Source of the DNA: a bacterium
Lineage (GTDB): Bacteria; Chloroflexota; Chloroflexia; Chloroflexales; Kallotenuaceae
Direction of reading: 5' to 3'
DNA length: 64,000 nt
Assembly (NCBI GenBank): GCA_016781505.1
Contig: JADDQF010000064.1
Coordinates: 3,292-67,291, forward strand
Part shown: positions 47,124-56,788 of the stretch, one piece after another
Layout of the letters: the number at the start of each line of letters is the position of its first letter
Position numbering within the stretch: position 1 is the stretch's first letter
The notes under the pieces: model-generated
What the model was told of the DNA's origin: nothing
The model's input: the letters and a program-made list of their open reading frames with translations, nothing else
Databases searched by the model: none
Position numbers and translations under genes: made by a program

Positions 47124-47160
47124 GCTTTAGGCTTGGTCGCCAAGCATCACGGAGCGCTGC

Positions 47161-48423
47161 ATGCCTTCTTACGGTCAACTATCTCCCGAAGAGTTATATA
47201 CACAAGGGCTACAACAATTTAACCGCGCGGATTGGCGTGGCGCAATAGCATCGTTTACTCAGCTACAAGCAATCAGCGATCAATATCCCGACGTCGACGC
47301 GCTGCTGGCGGATGCGCAGCTGAAGCTGCAGTTCGAAGGCGCCGCTCAACCAGGCGCGCTGCCGCCACCACGTCGGTCGTTGTTGGTGCCGTTGCTGGCG
47401 GTCTTCGCCCTGTTGTCGGTTGCCGGGGGAGCGTTTGGCTTTTATTACGTGTACGCCTCGCCGCCGCCGCCGGTTGTGGCGCTCGCTACCAGCACGCCCA
47501 CTCCGTCGCCACCGCCTACCGCGAACCCGCGCCCGGTTGTGCCCACAACCGCGCCGACGCCGGAGCCGACTGAGGCGCCCATTATTCCGGCCACGGTGCT
47601 GATCACCACCGAAGGTACCTTTGTGAATACGCCCGCCAACATCGAATTTATTATCGATGCATCCGGCAGTATGTTGGCGAAAATTCAAGGCACGGAGACC
47701 GAGCGCTGGCAGGTGGCGCAAGCAGCGCTGGCCAGCCTGATCAACTCCGATACCATCTCCGACCAGGCCTACACGGTTGTGCGCACCTATGGTCGGCGGC
47801 GTGGTAATGATTGTTCGGATCTGGAAGTTGCTCAGGGCTTGAGCCGGTATAACAAAGAAAGCTTGCTCAACATCATCTCCACGATCAAGCCGGCAGTGGG
47901 CGGGACAACACCCCTGGGCGCGTCGCTGCGGCTCGCGGCAGAGGATCTGCAAGCAGCCGAAGGCAGCACCGTGGTGATCCTGGTAACGGATGGGCTTGAG
48001 TCGTGCAACGGCGATCCGGTTGCCGAAGCGGCAAACTTTGTGGCGGGCACGGACCAACGCAAAGTGCATGTGATCGGCTTTGCACTTAACGATCCAGCCG
48101 CCAGCGCCAATCTGCAGCAGATTGCCGAGCAAGGCAACGGGTTATACTTTGATGCCAACAACGCGGCGCAGCTGGTGGAAGCTTTGCGGCAAACGATCAT
48201 TTTGAGCTATCAGATTTTGGATAGCGAAAACAATCAGGTCGCTTCGGGAACTGTAGGCGGGGAGCAGTTCCAATTGCCGCCGGGCGACTACACGCTCAAA
48301 ATGAACGCCAATCCGCCGCTGGAGCGAGAGTTTACGGTCAAGAACGGCGATAACCTGGTGGTGTCGCTGCGGCAAGGCTTCGGTGGGTTAGTCGCCACTG
48401 TTCAATCGACGCAAGACGACTAA
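47161..48423 (+). CDS. TPR-like cytoplasmic N-domain, TM helix, Pro-rich linker, extracytoplasmic von Willebrand factor A domain, C-terminal beta domain
   Basis: Complete MIDAS motif: IIDASGSM (DxSxS), a Thr later in the domain, and VVILVTDGLESC. TM helix LLVPLLAVFALLSVAGGAFGFYYVYA. Only a 37-nt gap after tadC. Confidence 0.85.
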   Translation: MPSYGQLSPEELYTQGLQQFNRADWRGAIASFTQLQAISDQYPDVDALLADAQLKLQFEGAAQPGALPPPRRSLLVPLLAVFALLSVAGGAFGFYYVYASPPPPVVALATSTPTPSPPPTANPRPVVPTTAPTPEPTEAPIIPATVLITTEGTFVNTPANIEFIIDASGSMLAKIQGTETERWQVAQAALASLINSDTISDQAYTVVRTYGRRRGNDCSDLEVAQGLSRYNKESLLNIISTIKPAVGGTTPLGASLRLAAEDLQAAEGSTVVILVTDGLESCNGDPVAEAANFVAGTDQRKVHVIGFALNDPAASANLQQIAEQGNGLYFDANNAAQLVEALRQTIILSYQILDSENNQVASGTVGGEQFQLPPGDYTLKMNANPPLEREFTVKNGDNLVVSLRQGFGGLVATVQSTQDD

Positions 48424-48443
48424 GCGCGGCTACGGAGTGTATG

Positions 48444-48476
48444 ACGGCTGGTGTGCTGCCAGCCGTTGTTTTGTTT
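48444..48476 (+). terminator. Intrinsic terminator closing the cpaB-to-VWA transcription unit
   Basis: ACGGCTGG-tgtgctg-CCAGCCGT followed by TGTTTTGTTT, 20 nt after the VWA gene stop. Confidence 0.7.
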
Positions 48477-48727
48477 AACCATGTGTTTGTGGCGCTGTGG
48501 CTAGCGCAATCACTCCGGTGCTGCGCAGCACAGCACAGCTTCGCCAGCTCCCTGCCTGTTTCCGGTTCATGCCCCAGCCGGCCATTGACCTCCAGGCATT
48601 TTTTGATAGGCCTATTTTCCTGTAGCCAGCCATCAATCGTGGTATGATGGCATGAGGCTATGTACCAATGTGCATCGGCCCAAACGAGCTCGGGTTGTTG
48701 TGAGCAGAACAAGGAGGGAGCCGGCGT

Positions 48728-50473
48728 ATGCGTAACTTATTGCCGCTCATGCCCTACCTGCGTCGCCATCGGCTGCTGATCGGGATCGGGGTATTGGTCG
48801 CGGCACTGAGCGCTGGTTTTAGCACCATTCCCCCCTATTTGCTGGGCCAGGCGGTGGAAGAATTGAATGCAGGCGGCGTGACCACAAGCCTGCTGTTACG
48901 GTACAGCGGCCTGATTTTGGCGGCTGCGGTAATGGATAGTATCTTTAAGTTTGGTATGCGTCGGCTGGTAGGCGGCTCCTCCTACGCGATTGAGTATGAG
49001 CTGCGCAACGATCTGTTCGGTCAATTTCTGCGCCTTGACCAGGGCTTTTATGGCTCCAACCATACCGGCGATCTGATGGCGCGCATGACCAACGACTTGA
49101 GCGCGGTGCGCCAGCTTTTAGGGCCGGGCGTGACCTCCATCGTCAGCTCGGGGCTGACCTTTTTGTTTGTGGGCGTTTTGATGCTGCGGATGGATCTGCA
49201 GCTGGGTCTGCTCGCACTCATCTTGCTGCCGCTGATCAGCGCAACCTTTGTGATCCTGGGCGAGCGGCTGCGGGATCGTTTCCGGCTGGTGCAAGATCAG
49301 TTTGGCCACATTTCAACGCGGGCCCAGGAAAATTTTAGCGGCATTCGTACAATCAAAGCGTATGCGCAGGAGGAGGCCGAGCTCAACGTTTTTGGCGAGG
49401 CGAACCGGGAATACCAAAAGCTCAACCTCAGCTATGTGTTGTTGTCGGCGCTGGTATGGCCTTTGATGACGCTGCTGCTGACGTTGACGGTGGCGCTGGT
49501 GTTGATCGTAGGTGGCCAGGCGGTGGCCACCGGGCGCTTGTCGCTGGGCGATTTTGTGCGCTTCAACGCGTATCTGGGACTGCTGACCTGGCCAATGATT
49601 GCCCTGGGCTGGACGGTCAACCTCCTGCAGCAGGGCAGCGCGTCAATGGCGCGCATCGCGGAAGTGCTGCATCGGCCGCCGACCATTGCAACCGGCCGCG
49701 AAGTGCAGCCCCGCGGCAAGGTGGTCGGTGCGGTCGAGTTTCGCAACGTTGGCGTACGCTACGGCGATACCTGGGTGCTGCGCAACGTTTCGTTGCTGAT
49801 TCCGACCGGCTCGACTACCGCGGTTGTGGGCGCGACCGGGGCCGGCAAGACGACGCTGACGAACTTAATTGCCCGCGTGCAGGACCCGACCGAGGGCCAG
49901 GTGTTGGTGGACGGGCTCGATGTGCGCGAATGGCCGCTGGAAACGCTGCGCAGCGGCATCGGCTACGTGCCGCAGGATACATTTCTGTTTTCGGTGCCGC
50001 TGCATGAGAACGTGACCTTTGGCCGGCCGGATGCCGACGACGCGGCTGTGGATGAAGCGCTGCTGGTTTCGCAGCTGGTGAACGACGTGCCGCAATTCCC
50101 GAGTGGCCTGCGCACCATGATCGGCGAACGGGGTGTGACATTGTCAGGCGGGCAAAAGCAGCGGGCCGCAATCGCGCGGGCGGTATTGCGGGAAGCTGCC
50201 ATCACGGTGTTGGACGACGCCATGTCCAGCGTCGATACCCATACCGCCGCCGAAATTTTGCGCAATTTACGCAAGGTGATGCAAGGGCGCACCAGTATCT
50301 TGATTGCCCAACGGATTGCCACGGTGAAAGATGCGGATCAGATCGTGGTGCTGCATAACGGCGCGATTGTGGAACGCGGAACACACGCCGAGCTGGTTCA
50401 ACTGAACGGGCGCTATGCCGGAATGTACAAGCGGGAGTTGCTGCAGGCCGAGCTGGAGGAGACCGAGCAATAA
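48728..50473 (+). CDS. ABC exporter, fused permease/ATPase (type I exporter half-transporter)
   Basis: SD AAGGAGGGAG. Six-TM region. Walker A GATGAGKTTL, signature LSGGQKQR, Walker B ITVLDDAMS. Confidence 0.9.
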   Translation: MRNLLPLMPYLRRHRLLIGIGVLVAALSAGFSTIPPYLLGQAVEELNAGGVTTSLLLRYSGLILAAAVMDSIFKFGMRRLVGGSSYAIEYELRNDLFGQFLRLDQGFYGSNHTGDLMARMTNDLSAVRQLLGPGVTSIVSSGLTFLFVGVLMLRMDLQLGLLALILLPLISATFVILGERLRDRFRLVQDQFGHISTRAQENFSGIRTIKAYAQEEAELNVFGEANREYQKLNLSYVLLSALVWPLMTLLLTLTVALVLIVGGQAVATGRLSLGDFVRFNAYLGLLTWPMIALGWTVNLLQQGSASMARIAEVLHRPPTIATGREVQPRGKVVGAVEFRNVGVRYGDTWVLRNVSLLIPTGSTTAVVGATGAGKTTLTNLIARVQDPTEGQVLVDGLDVREWPLETLRSGIGYVPQDTFLFSVPLHENVTFGRPDADDAAVDEALLVSQLVNDVPQFPSGLRTMIGERGVTLSGGQKQRAAIARAVLREAAITVLDDAMSSVDTHTAAEILRNLRKVMQGRTSILIAQRIATVKDADQIVVLHNGAIVERGTHAELVQLNGRYAGMYKRELLQAELEETEQ

Positions 50474-50552
50474 GGCTGGGCAGTGGGCAGCTTGGAGCAT
50501 TGAGGGCAAGCGCGTCAGCTGGTTGTGGATTGAATCGCTGACGGGAGCGTTC

Positions 50553-52355
50553 ATGGCCGTTCAATTTGATGAAAACGAAGCGCTGGGCAAAGCTTACGAT
50601 GCGCGCCTGATGCGCCGGCTTTGGACCTTTGTCGATCCATACCGGGGCCGGGTCTTGCTTGCCCTGGCCTTGCTGGTGGGCGAGTCGTTGGCCGCGATCG
50701 CGCCGCCGTATCTGCTACAACAAGCGATCGACGGACCATTGACCGAGGGCCGGCCAAGCGGAGTATGGCTCTACTTTTGGCTGTTTGTGCTGGCCGCCAT
50801 CGCCAGCTTCGGCTTCCGCTATGCGCAGGCCTTTGTGATGCAGACGGTGGGCCAGCAGGTCATGGTTGATCTGCGGAAGCGCATCTTCGGCCATATTCAG
50901 CGCATGAGCCTCGGCTTTTTTGACCGCAATCCCGTCGGCAGCCTGATGACGCGCTTGACCAACGATGTGGATGCGCTGAACGAGTTTTTGACGCAGGCGA
51001 TGGTGTCATTGTTTACGGATATCGCCGTGTTGGGCGCAATCATCGTGACGATGTTTGTGCTCGACTGGCGGCTGGCGCTAATCAGCATGACGGTGCTGCC
51101 GCTGGTGGCGCTGGCGACCATCATCTTTCAACAGTTTATGCGGCGGGCGTACCGGGAGATTCGCAAGCGGCTGGCCAGGATCAACGCGTATCTCAACGAG
51201 CACATCAGCGGCGTGCTGGTGTTGCAGCTGTTCAACCGCGAGCAGCGAGCGCTGGAGCGCTTCGACGAGCTCAATCAGTCGTACCGAGCGGCCAACATTC
51301 AGTCGCTGGTGGCGTTTTCGCTCTTTTTTCCGACCATCGGCTTTTTGGCGGCGCTGGCCACCGCGTTGCTGCTCTACTGGGGTGGGCGGGGCGTACTGGC
51401 CGGCTGGGCTACGCTCGGCATGCTGGTGGCATTTGTGCAGTACACCGAGCGCGCGTTTCAGCCGATCCGCAACCTGGCCGAAAAGTACAATCTGCTGCAA
51501 GCGGCGATGGTATCGGCCGAGCGCGTTTTTGGCATTCTGGACACGCCCGAAGAGGTCAAGGATCGGCCCGAGCCGGTTCGGCTGCCGGACCATGTCAAAG
51601 GCGAGGTCGAGTTTCGCAACGTAGTCTTTGGCTACAATCCAGACGAGCCGGTGCTGCGCAATGTGTCGTTCACCATTCCGGCCGGCCAAGCGGTGGCGGT
51701 AGTGGGCGCGACGGGCGCAGGCAAAACCTCGCTGATCTCGCTGCTGGCGCGCTTCTACGATATCCAGCAGGGCAGTATTTTGCTGGACGGCATCGATATC
51801 CGGGATGTAGCGCAGGCTGACCTACGGCGGCACGTAGCCGCCGTGCCGCAGGACCCGGTCTGCTTTTCGGGCACAATCTCGTCCAATATCCGGCTGCACG
51901 CCGAGCATATCAGCGATACCGATATCCGGCGGGCCGCCGAAATTGCGAATGCCGCGCCGTTTATCGAACGGCTGCCGGGACAGTACGAGTATGAGGTGCG
52001 CGAGCGAGGCGCGAACTTATCAGTGGGGCAGCGGCAACTGCTGGCCTTTTCGCGGGCGATCGCGTTCAATCCCGAGGTGCTGCTGGTTCTCGACGAGGCG
52101 ACCTCAAGTGTGGACACCGAGACCGAGGCGCTGATCCAGACCAGCCTGGAACGCTTGATCGAAGGCCGCACCAGCATTGTGATCGCGCATCGGCTATCGA
52201 CGATTCGCCACGTGGACCGGATTATCGTACTGCACAAGGGCCAGGTGGTGGAAGACGGCTCGCACGAGGAATTACTGGCGCAGCGGGGCTACTACGCGCG
52301 GCTGTACCAACTGCAGTATGTTGAGCAGCAGGGCACGATTGAGGCGGTGGAGTAG
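50553..52355 (+). CDS. ABC exporter, fused permease/ATPase, probable heterodimer partner
   Basis: Trimmed to MAVQFDENEALGKAYDARLMRRLW. Walker A GATGAGKTSL, signature LSVGQRQL, Walker B LLVLDEATS. Confidence 0.9.
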   Translation: MAVQFDENEALGKAYDARLMRRLWTFVDPYRGRVLLALALLVGESLAAIAPPYLLQQAIDGPLTEGRPSGVWLYFWLFVLAAIASFGFRYAQAFVMQTVGQQVMVDLRKRIFGHIQRMSLGFFDRNPVGSLMTRLTNDVDALNEFLTQAMVSLFTDIAVLGAIIVTMFVLDWRLALISMTVLPLVALATIIFQQFMRRAYREIRKRLARINAYLNEHISGVLVLQLFNREQRALERFDELNQSYRAANIQSLVAFSLFFPTIGFLAALATALLLYWGGRGVLAGWATLGMLVAFVQYTERAFQPIRNLAEKYNLLQAAMVSAERVFGILDTPEEVKDRPEPVRLPDHVKGEVEFRNVVFGYNPDEPVLRNVSFTIPAGQAVAVVGATGAGKTSLISLLARFYDIQQGSILLDGIDIRDVAQADLRRHVAAVPQDPVCFSGTISSNIRLHAEHISDTDIRRAAEIANAAPFIERLPGQYEYEVRERGANLSVGQRQLLAFSRAIAFNPEVLLVLDEATSSVDTETEALIQTSLERLIEGRTSIVIAHRLSTIRHVDRIIVLHKGQVVEDGSHEELLAQRGYYARLYQLQYVEQQGTIEAVE

Positions 52356-52410
52356 CCGGGCGCTGCGCCACCTGGAAGAGTGTTTGGGACGGCAAAGATG
52401 CCGTCGCTGC

Positions 52411-53280
52411 TTATTTTTGACGGATACGGCTTTGGGGTACCTGGAAGGTGTAGGTCTCGCCGTGGCTCAGGTAGCGGACGCGATCTTCCAGGCCAGCCTC
52501 CCGCACGGAGCGCTGAAAATCGGACAAAGGCGACTTGAAAACGGTGTAATCGTTGTAGTGGATCGGGATAGCCAGGGTGGGATTGATGATCCTGATCGCT
52601 TCCACACCCTGCTTGTCGTCCATGGTGACCAGAATGCCCAGGGCGCGCGTACCGCCGAGGTGCAGCAGGGCTAGGTCGATGTTGGGATAGCGCTTCGGAA
52701 TCTGTTTGAGCTTGCGGTGGATCAGCGTATCGCCGGTGATATAGAGCCGCAGCAATGGAGCGCCGTTGGTTGTCTCGAAGTCGAGCACGCTGCCCATGAC
52801 CGGCGGCAAGAGCCGGGAGATGATGCCGGGACCGTGTTCGCCCGGCATCGACGTGACGCGCAGCCGGACCGAGCCCTTGACGAATGTTTGGGATTCCCAG
52901 GTGTTGACGGGATAGGTTGCCTGGAAGCCCTGCTTGGTGAGCGCGGCCGCTGCGTGCTTGGTCGTGACAATGGGCAGCCATTTGTCGAGCTTTTGTTCGG
53001 CCACCCGATCAAAATGATCCTCGTGGTAGTGGGACAGGACGACAAGATCGACCGGTGGTAGCTCTTCGATATCAAGGGCCGGATCGGTGAGGCGCTTGGA
53101 GCGCAGGCCATAGCCCAGCCGCACGCGCTCATGGCGATGCAAAAAGTTCGGATCGGTCAGGATCGTGAAGCCGCCGTACCGGATCAACGTTGTGGCCGTG
53201 CCGATGAAGAAGATCGAGCCGAGCTTCAGATCCGGTTTGCCACGCGAAGTCGACAGAATAAGCTCACGCGCTTTGGGCAT
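52411..53280 (-). CDS. MBL-fold metallo-hydrolase
   Basis: Trimmed to MPKARELILSTSRG (the upstream extension in the track is Pro/Arg-rich junk). HxHxDH-type motif LSHYHEDHFD. Confidence 0.8.
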   Translation of the reverse strand: MPKARELILSTSRGKPDLKLGSIFFIGTATTLIRYGGFTILTDPNFLHRHERVRLGYGLRSKRLTDPALDIEELPPVDLVVLSHYHEDHFDRVAEQKLDKWLPIVTTKHAAAALTKQGFQATYPVNTWESQTFVKGSVRLRVTSMPGEHGPGIISRLLPPVMGSVLDFETTNGAPLLRLYITGDTLIHRKLKQIPKRYPNIDLALLHLGGTRALGILVTMDDKQGVEAIRIINPTLAIPIHYNDYTVFKSPLSDFQRSVREAGLEDRVRYLSHGETYTFQVPQSRIRQK

Positions 53281-53485
53281 AGTGCATCCTTTCCACGGGC
53301 ACCAGGTGCGCAGGAAGTGTGCCAGAGCCGAGGCGGGTACCCGCTTGCGGGTGAAGCCCCCGGCTACACAGCGGGCGTCCACTGCGGAAGGCAAGGCCCC
53401 CTGCGCGCCACCAGCCTCCCCGCCGCACCCGGCTTCTGTGTGGCGGGGAGGGAGCGGAGCAGGGGTGAGGGCTTGGCGTGTCCCG

Positions 53486-54697
53486 TCAGGGCTGCGTCGA
53501 CTTGGCCTCGGACGTCGTTGTAGCGTCGGTAACTGCCGCAATCACCGGTATCTGCTCGGCAATGGTTGGCGCTTGCTCGTCCTTGCGCTTTTCGGCCCGA
53601 ATGTCTGGCAGCGCATCAGCCGTGATAAAGCCTTTGCGTGCGGCGTGCTCGGCCGCGGCGACGGTATCGGCCACCAGCACCATCTCGACGCCGGTATCGC
53701 GAATTTCCTCGATGATCTTGTTCACGGATGTCTCACGCTCTGCGACCGACACATCACGGATATAGATCGCCCGGATGCGGTCGGGATACTCACGCAAAAC
53801 CTCGCGATAAATTTCCGGATCTTCCTGGCCACTGTCGCCAATCAACACAAACGGCAGATCGGCGTGCGTGTCGAGAATGGTGCGGATCTGCTTAAGCTTG
53901 TGCTCGTGATGGTCGGACTTAATCAGTCGATCTTGTTCCAGGCCGACATCGCGCAGAAACAACGGGCCGATTGGAATGCCGTTGATGTTCAGGAAATCGA
54001 TCAACAGGTCGTACAGGTTCCACGGACTGCTGGACACATAAAAGATCGGATTGTAGCCAGCGCCATCGCCGCCTTTGCGCAGCGCCTGATAAAACGCCGC
54101 CACTCCTTCGAACGGCAGCCGGGTGTGCGGATTATTCAGCACGACGATGCGGGCCATGGTTAGCGGATCGGTCGCTCCGGTAAGCACAATCGTGTCGTCG
54201 ATGTCGCTGATCACGCCAAACTCGGACTTGGGCGGCGGCACCAGCACGTGCCCGACAACACGCTCGCGCCCCTGCGACGCCGGCTTGGGCTCGATCAACG
54301 TGAGCTGAATTTCGTGCCAAACACGCTTGAGCTGCAGGGGCGCAGCGGGCTCGACGACGATATCGAAGTAGCCTTCGTGGTCGGTCTTGGCCTCAAACTG
54401 CTGGTCGCCAAAGCGGACAAGCAACCGTGCGCCCGGGATTTCGTCGCTGTCGAAGCGCCGGTACATGTTGAGCAAATTTTGCCACATGCTGTCGGCATCA
54501 GTGGCGCTCGTAATGCCCTTGTATTCCAGCACTCGTCCTTTGAGAAACAAGCGCTCGGGCGTGCCATGGCCGCGATACGGCTGAATTTGAACAGGATCCA
54601 GCCAGCCACTGCGGACCTTTACCCCAAACTTGATGAGGTCAAAGCGTTTTTCAATGCTGCTGGCGATTTTGGTAAAGCTGTCGAGCCACTCACTCAT
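53486..54697 (-). CDS. App1-family phosphatidate phosphatase-like protein (DUF2183)
   Basis: DxDxT motif VISDIDDTIV. VSSSPWNLYD and LIGDSGQEDPEIY match the recalled App1/DUF2183 pattern. Confidence 0.8.
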   Translation of the reverse strand: MSEWLDSFTKIASSIEKRFDLIKFGVKVRSGWLDPVQIQPYRGHGTPERLFLKGRVLEYKGITSATDADSMWQNLLNMYRRFDSDEIPGARLLVRFGDQQFEAKTDHEGYFDIVVEPAAPLQLKRVWHEIQLTLIEPKPASQGRERVVGHVLVPPPKSEFGVISDIDDTIVLTGATDPLTMARIVVLNNPHTRLPFEGVAAFYQALRKGGDGAGYNPIFYVSSSPWNLYDLLIDFLNINGIPIGPLFLRDVGLEQDRLIKSDHHEHKLKQIRTILDTHADLPFVLIGDSGQEDPEIYREVLREYPDRIRAIYIRDVSVAERETSVNKIIEEIRDTGVEMVLVADTVAAAEHAARKGFITADALPDIRAEKRKDEQAPTIAEQIPVIAAVTDATTTSEAKSTQP

Positions 54698-54789
54698 GCG
54701 GCACTGCTCCTTGCGGGTGAAACCACACTGCCTGGCCTTGCCGTAGTTATAGCTTACCGCAGGCCACAGGTGGAAGCGAAATGGACATG

Positions 54790-56172
54790 TTAGGCAGCCT
54801 GACGTGGCCGCAACATCATACGGATGCCATATTTTGGGCGCAGGGTAACGGTGGGTTCCGGCACCACCGGATGCTGCGGCACAAGCCTGAAATCATAGCG
54901 CTGGGCAAGCGTGGCCAGCAGCAGCTGCGCCTCCATCAGGGCGAAGCTATTGCCAATACAGATGCGAGGGCCGCCGCCAAAGGGAAAGTACGCAAAGCGC
55001 GGTCGTTGCTCGGCGCCGTTCCCAAAGCGCTCAGGAACAAATGCGTTCGGCTTATCCCAGAATTCAGGATGGCGGTGTGTCACATATTGGGACATCACGA
55101 CCGGCGATTTCGCCGGAATATGATAGCCCTGAATATGGTCGTCCACCATGGTCTGCCGCGCAACGGCCCAGGCCGGGGGGTAGAGCCGCAAAACCTCGTC
55201 AACCACCATGCGGGTGTAGGGCAAGCGCGGAAGATCGTCCAGGCCCGGCGTCCGTCCACCCAGCACGCCGGCCAGCTCGTCATGCAGATGCTGCTCGATC
55301 TCGGGGTGATGAGCGAGCAGGTACCAGGCCCAGGGCAGGGTAACGGCAGTTGTCTCGTGACCGGCCAGGATAATCGTTTTTACCTCGTCGCGCAGCTGCT
55401 CGCTGCTCATGCCGACGCCGGTCTCTTCATCGCGGGCGGCCAGCAACATCGACAGCAGGTCGCCGCGATCATCCGGGCCATGCGCTGCGCTCCGGCGGCG
55501 CTCCGCGATGATCCCATCGACCAGCGTATCGATGGTTTGCCGCGCGCGCAGGAAGCGGCGATTATGGGGCGTTGGAATGCGCTCGGGCAACGCCAACGGC
55601 TGCAGCGACCGATAATTAATATGATCCAGCGCAACTGTGACGGCCGCGCCGACTTTGTCGGCTGCGCCACTGATATCGACACTGAAGAGGGCGCGTCCAA
55701 CAATTTGCAGCGTGAGGCGCATCATTTCGTTTGCAACATCCAGGGGCTGACCATGCGCCACCCGCGGCTGCCACTGCTCCGCCAATGTTTCGGCCGCGCC
55801 GGTCATCATGGTGGCCAGACTTTCGAGGCGCTGGCGATGAAAGGCGGGCTGTGCCAGGCGGCGCTGCTTGCGCCAAAAGTCGCCCTCACTGGTTACCAAG
55901 CCATTGCCGACCAGCATTTTGATGTTTTGGATAAACATCCCCTTGGGATACTGCTTGCTCTTCAGCACGCGCTCGATGTCGTCGGGATGGCTGATCAAAA
56001 ACCAGACGAACGAGCCCAACCCGCGAAAGCGCACGACGTCACCGTAGCGCGCGCACATCTCGGGGTAGAAGTGCAGGGGATCGCGCCGCAGATCGGGCAA
56101 ATTGCCAAAGATAAAGTTGCCCGGCGGGCCGGGCGCTCGCCGTTGGGATGGTTGCCGTGTAGCGATGCTCAT
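54790..56172 (-). CDS. Cytochrome P450
   Basis: Heme-binding loop FPFGGGPRICIGNSFA, I-helix ILAGHETTA, ExxR motif EVLRLYPP. Confidence 0.95.
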   Translation of the reverse strand: MSIATRQPSQRRAPGPPGNFIFGNLPDLRRDPLHFYPEMCARYGDVVRFRGLGSFVWFLISHPDDIERVLKSKQYPKGMFIQNIKMLVGNGLVTSEGDFWRKQRRLAQPAFHRQRLESLATMMTGAAETLAEQWQPRVAHGQPLDVANEMMRLTLQIVGRALFSVDISGAADKVGAAVTVALDHINYRSLQPLALPERIPTPHNRRFLRARQTIDTLVDGIIAERRRSAAHGPDDRGDLLSMLLAARDEETGVGMSSEQLRDEVKTIILAGHETTAVTLPWAWYLLAHHPEIEQHLHDELAGVLGGRTPGLDDLPRLPYTRMVVDEVLRLYPPAWAVARQTMVDDHIQGYHIPAKSPVVMSQYVTHRHPEFWDKPNAFVPERFGNGAEQRPRFAYFPFGGGPRICIGNSFALMEAQLLLATLAQRYDFRLVPQHPVVPEPTVTLRPKYGIRMMLRPRQAA

Positions 56173-56418
56173 CGGTTACTCCACTGTTGCATCAGCACCT
56201 GGGCTGGGCATCCACCTGCTCGCCTCCACGACTGGTGGTAAGCCCATATTTGCTGGCTTATACACGTACGAGGGAGCCCACTGCAAAGGCGAAGCCACGA
56301 ATTTTGGTTTGCCGGTGCTGTTTCCAAATGGAGACCGCGGATGCTGCACGAAGGCTCTCCGTTGCTGGCGCGCCAACGCCATGCATTACGTTAGCTTGTG
56401 CAGGGCGTCGGCTGAAGA

Positions 56419-56706
56419 TCACAAGCCCTCGACAACGATCATGCGTGAACGGGTGGTTTGCTGGCGCATCTGCTTGGGACCGGCGTATTCCGCGGATGAC
56501 CACCACGCTTTGGCCTGCTCGACGCTGGGAAATTCGAGCACAACCAGGCGCTGGGGTTGCCAATCGCCTTCGAGTACCGTGAGCTCTCCACCCCGCACGA
56601 TGTACTTGCCGCCGTGAGCCGCCACAATTGGCGGTGCGAGCTCGCGGTAGGCGGCGTAGCCTTCGGGATCGGTAACCTCGATCTCAACGATCACATATGC
56701 TGGCAT
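56419..56706 (-). CDS. DUF1330 domain-containing protein
   Basis: 95 aa starting at MPAYVIVEIEVTDPEGYAAYRE (SD GAGGAGAGGG). The 233-aa track ORF is an over-extension into the neighbouring gene's antisense. Confidence 0.8.
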   Translation of the reverse strand: MPAYVIVEIEVTDPEGYAAYRELAPPIVAAHGGKYIVRGGELTVLEGDWQPQRLVVLEFPSVEQAKAWWSSAEYAGPKQMRQQTTRSRMIVVEGL

Positions 56707-56788
56707 AAACCCTCTCCTCATGTGAAGCACCGCTGCACTGTGCCAATGGTGTGCAGGGCGCAGCGATTCCGTCGTAGCATTGTTCCAA

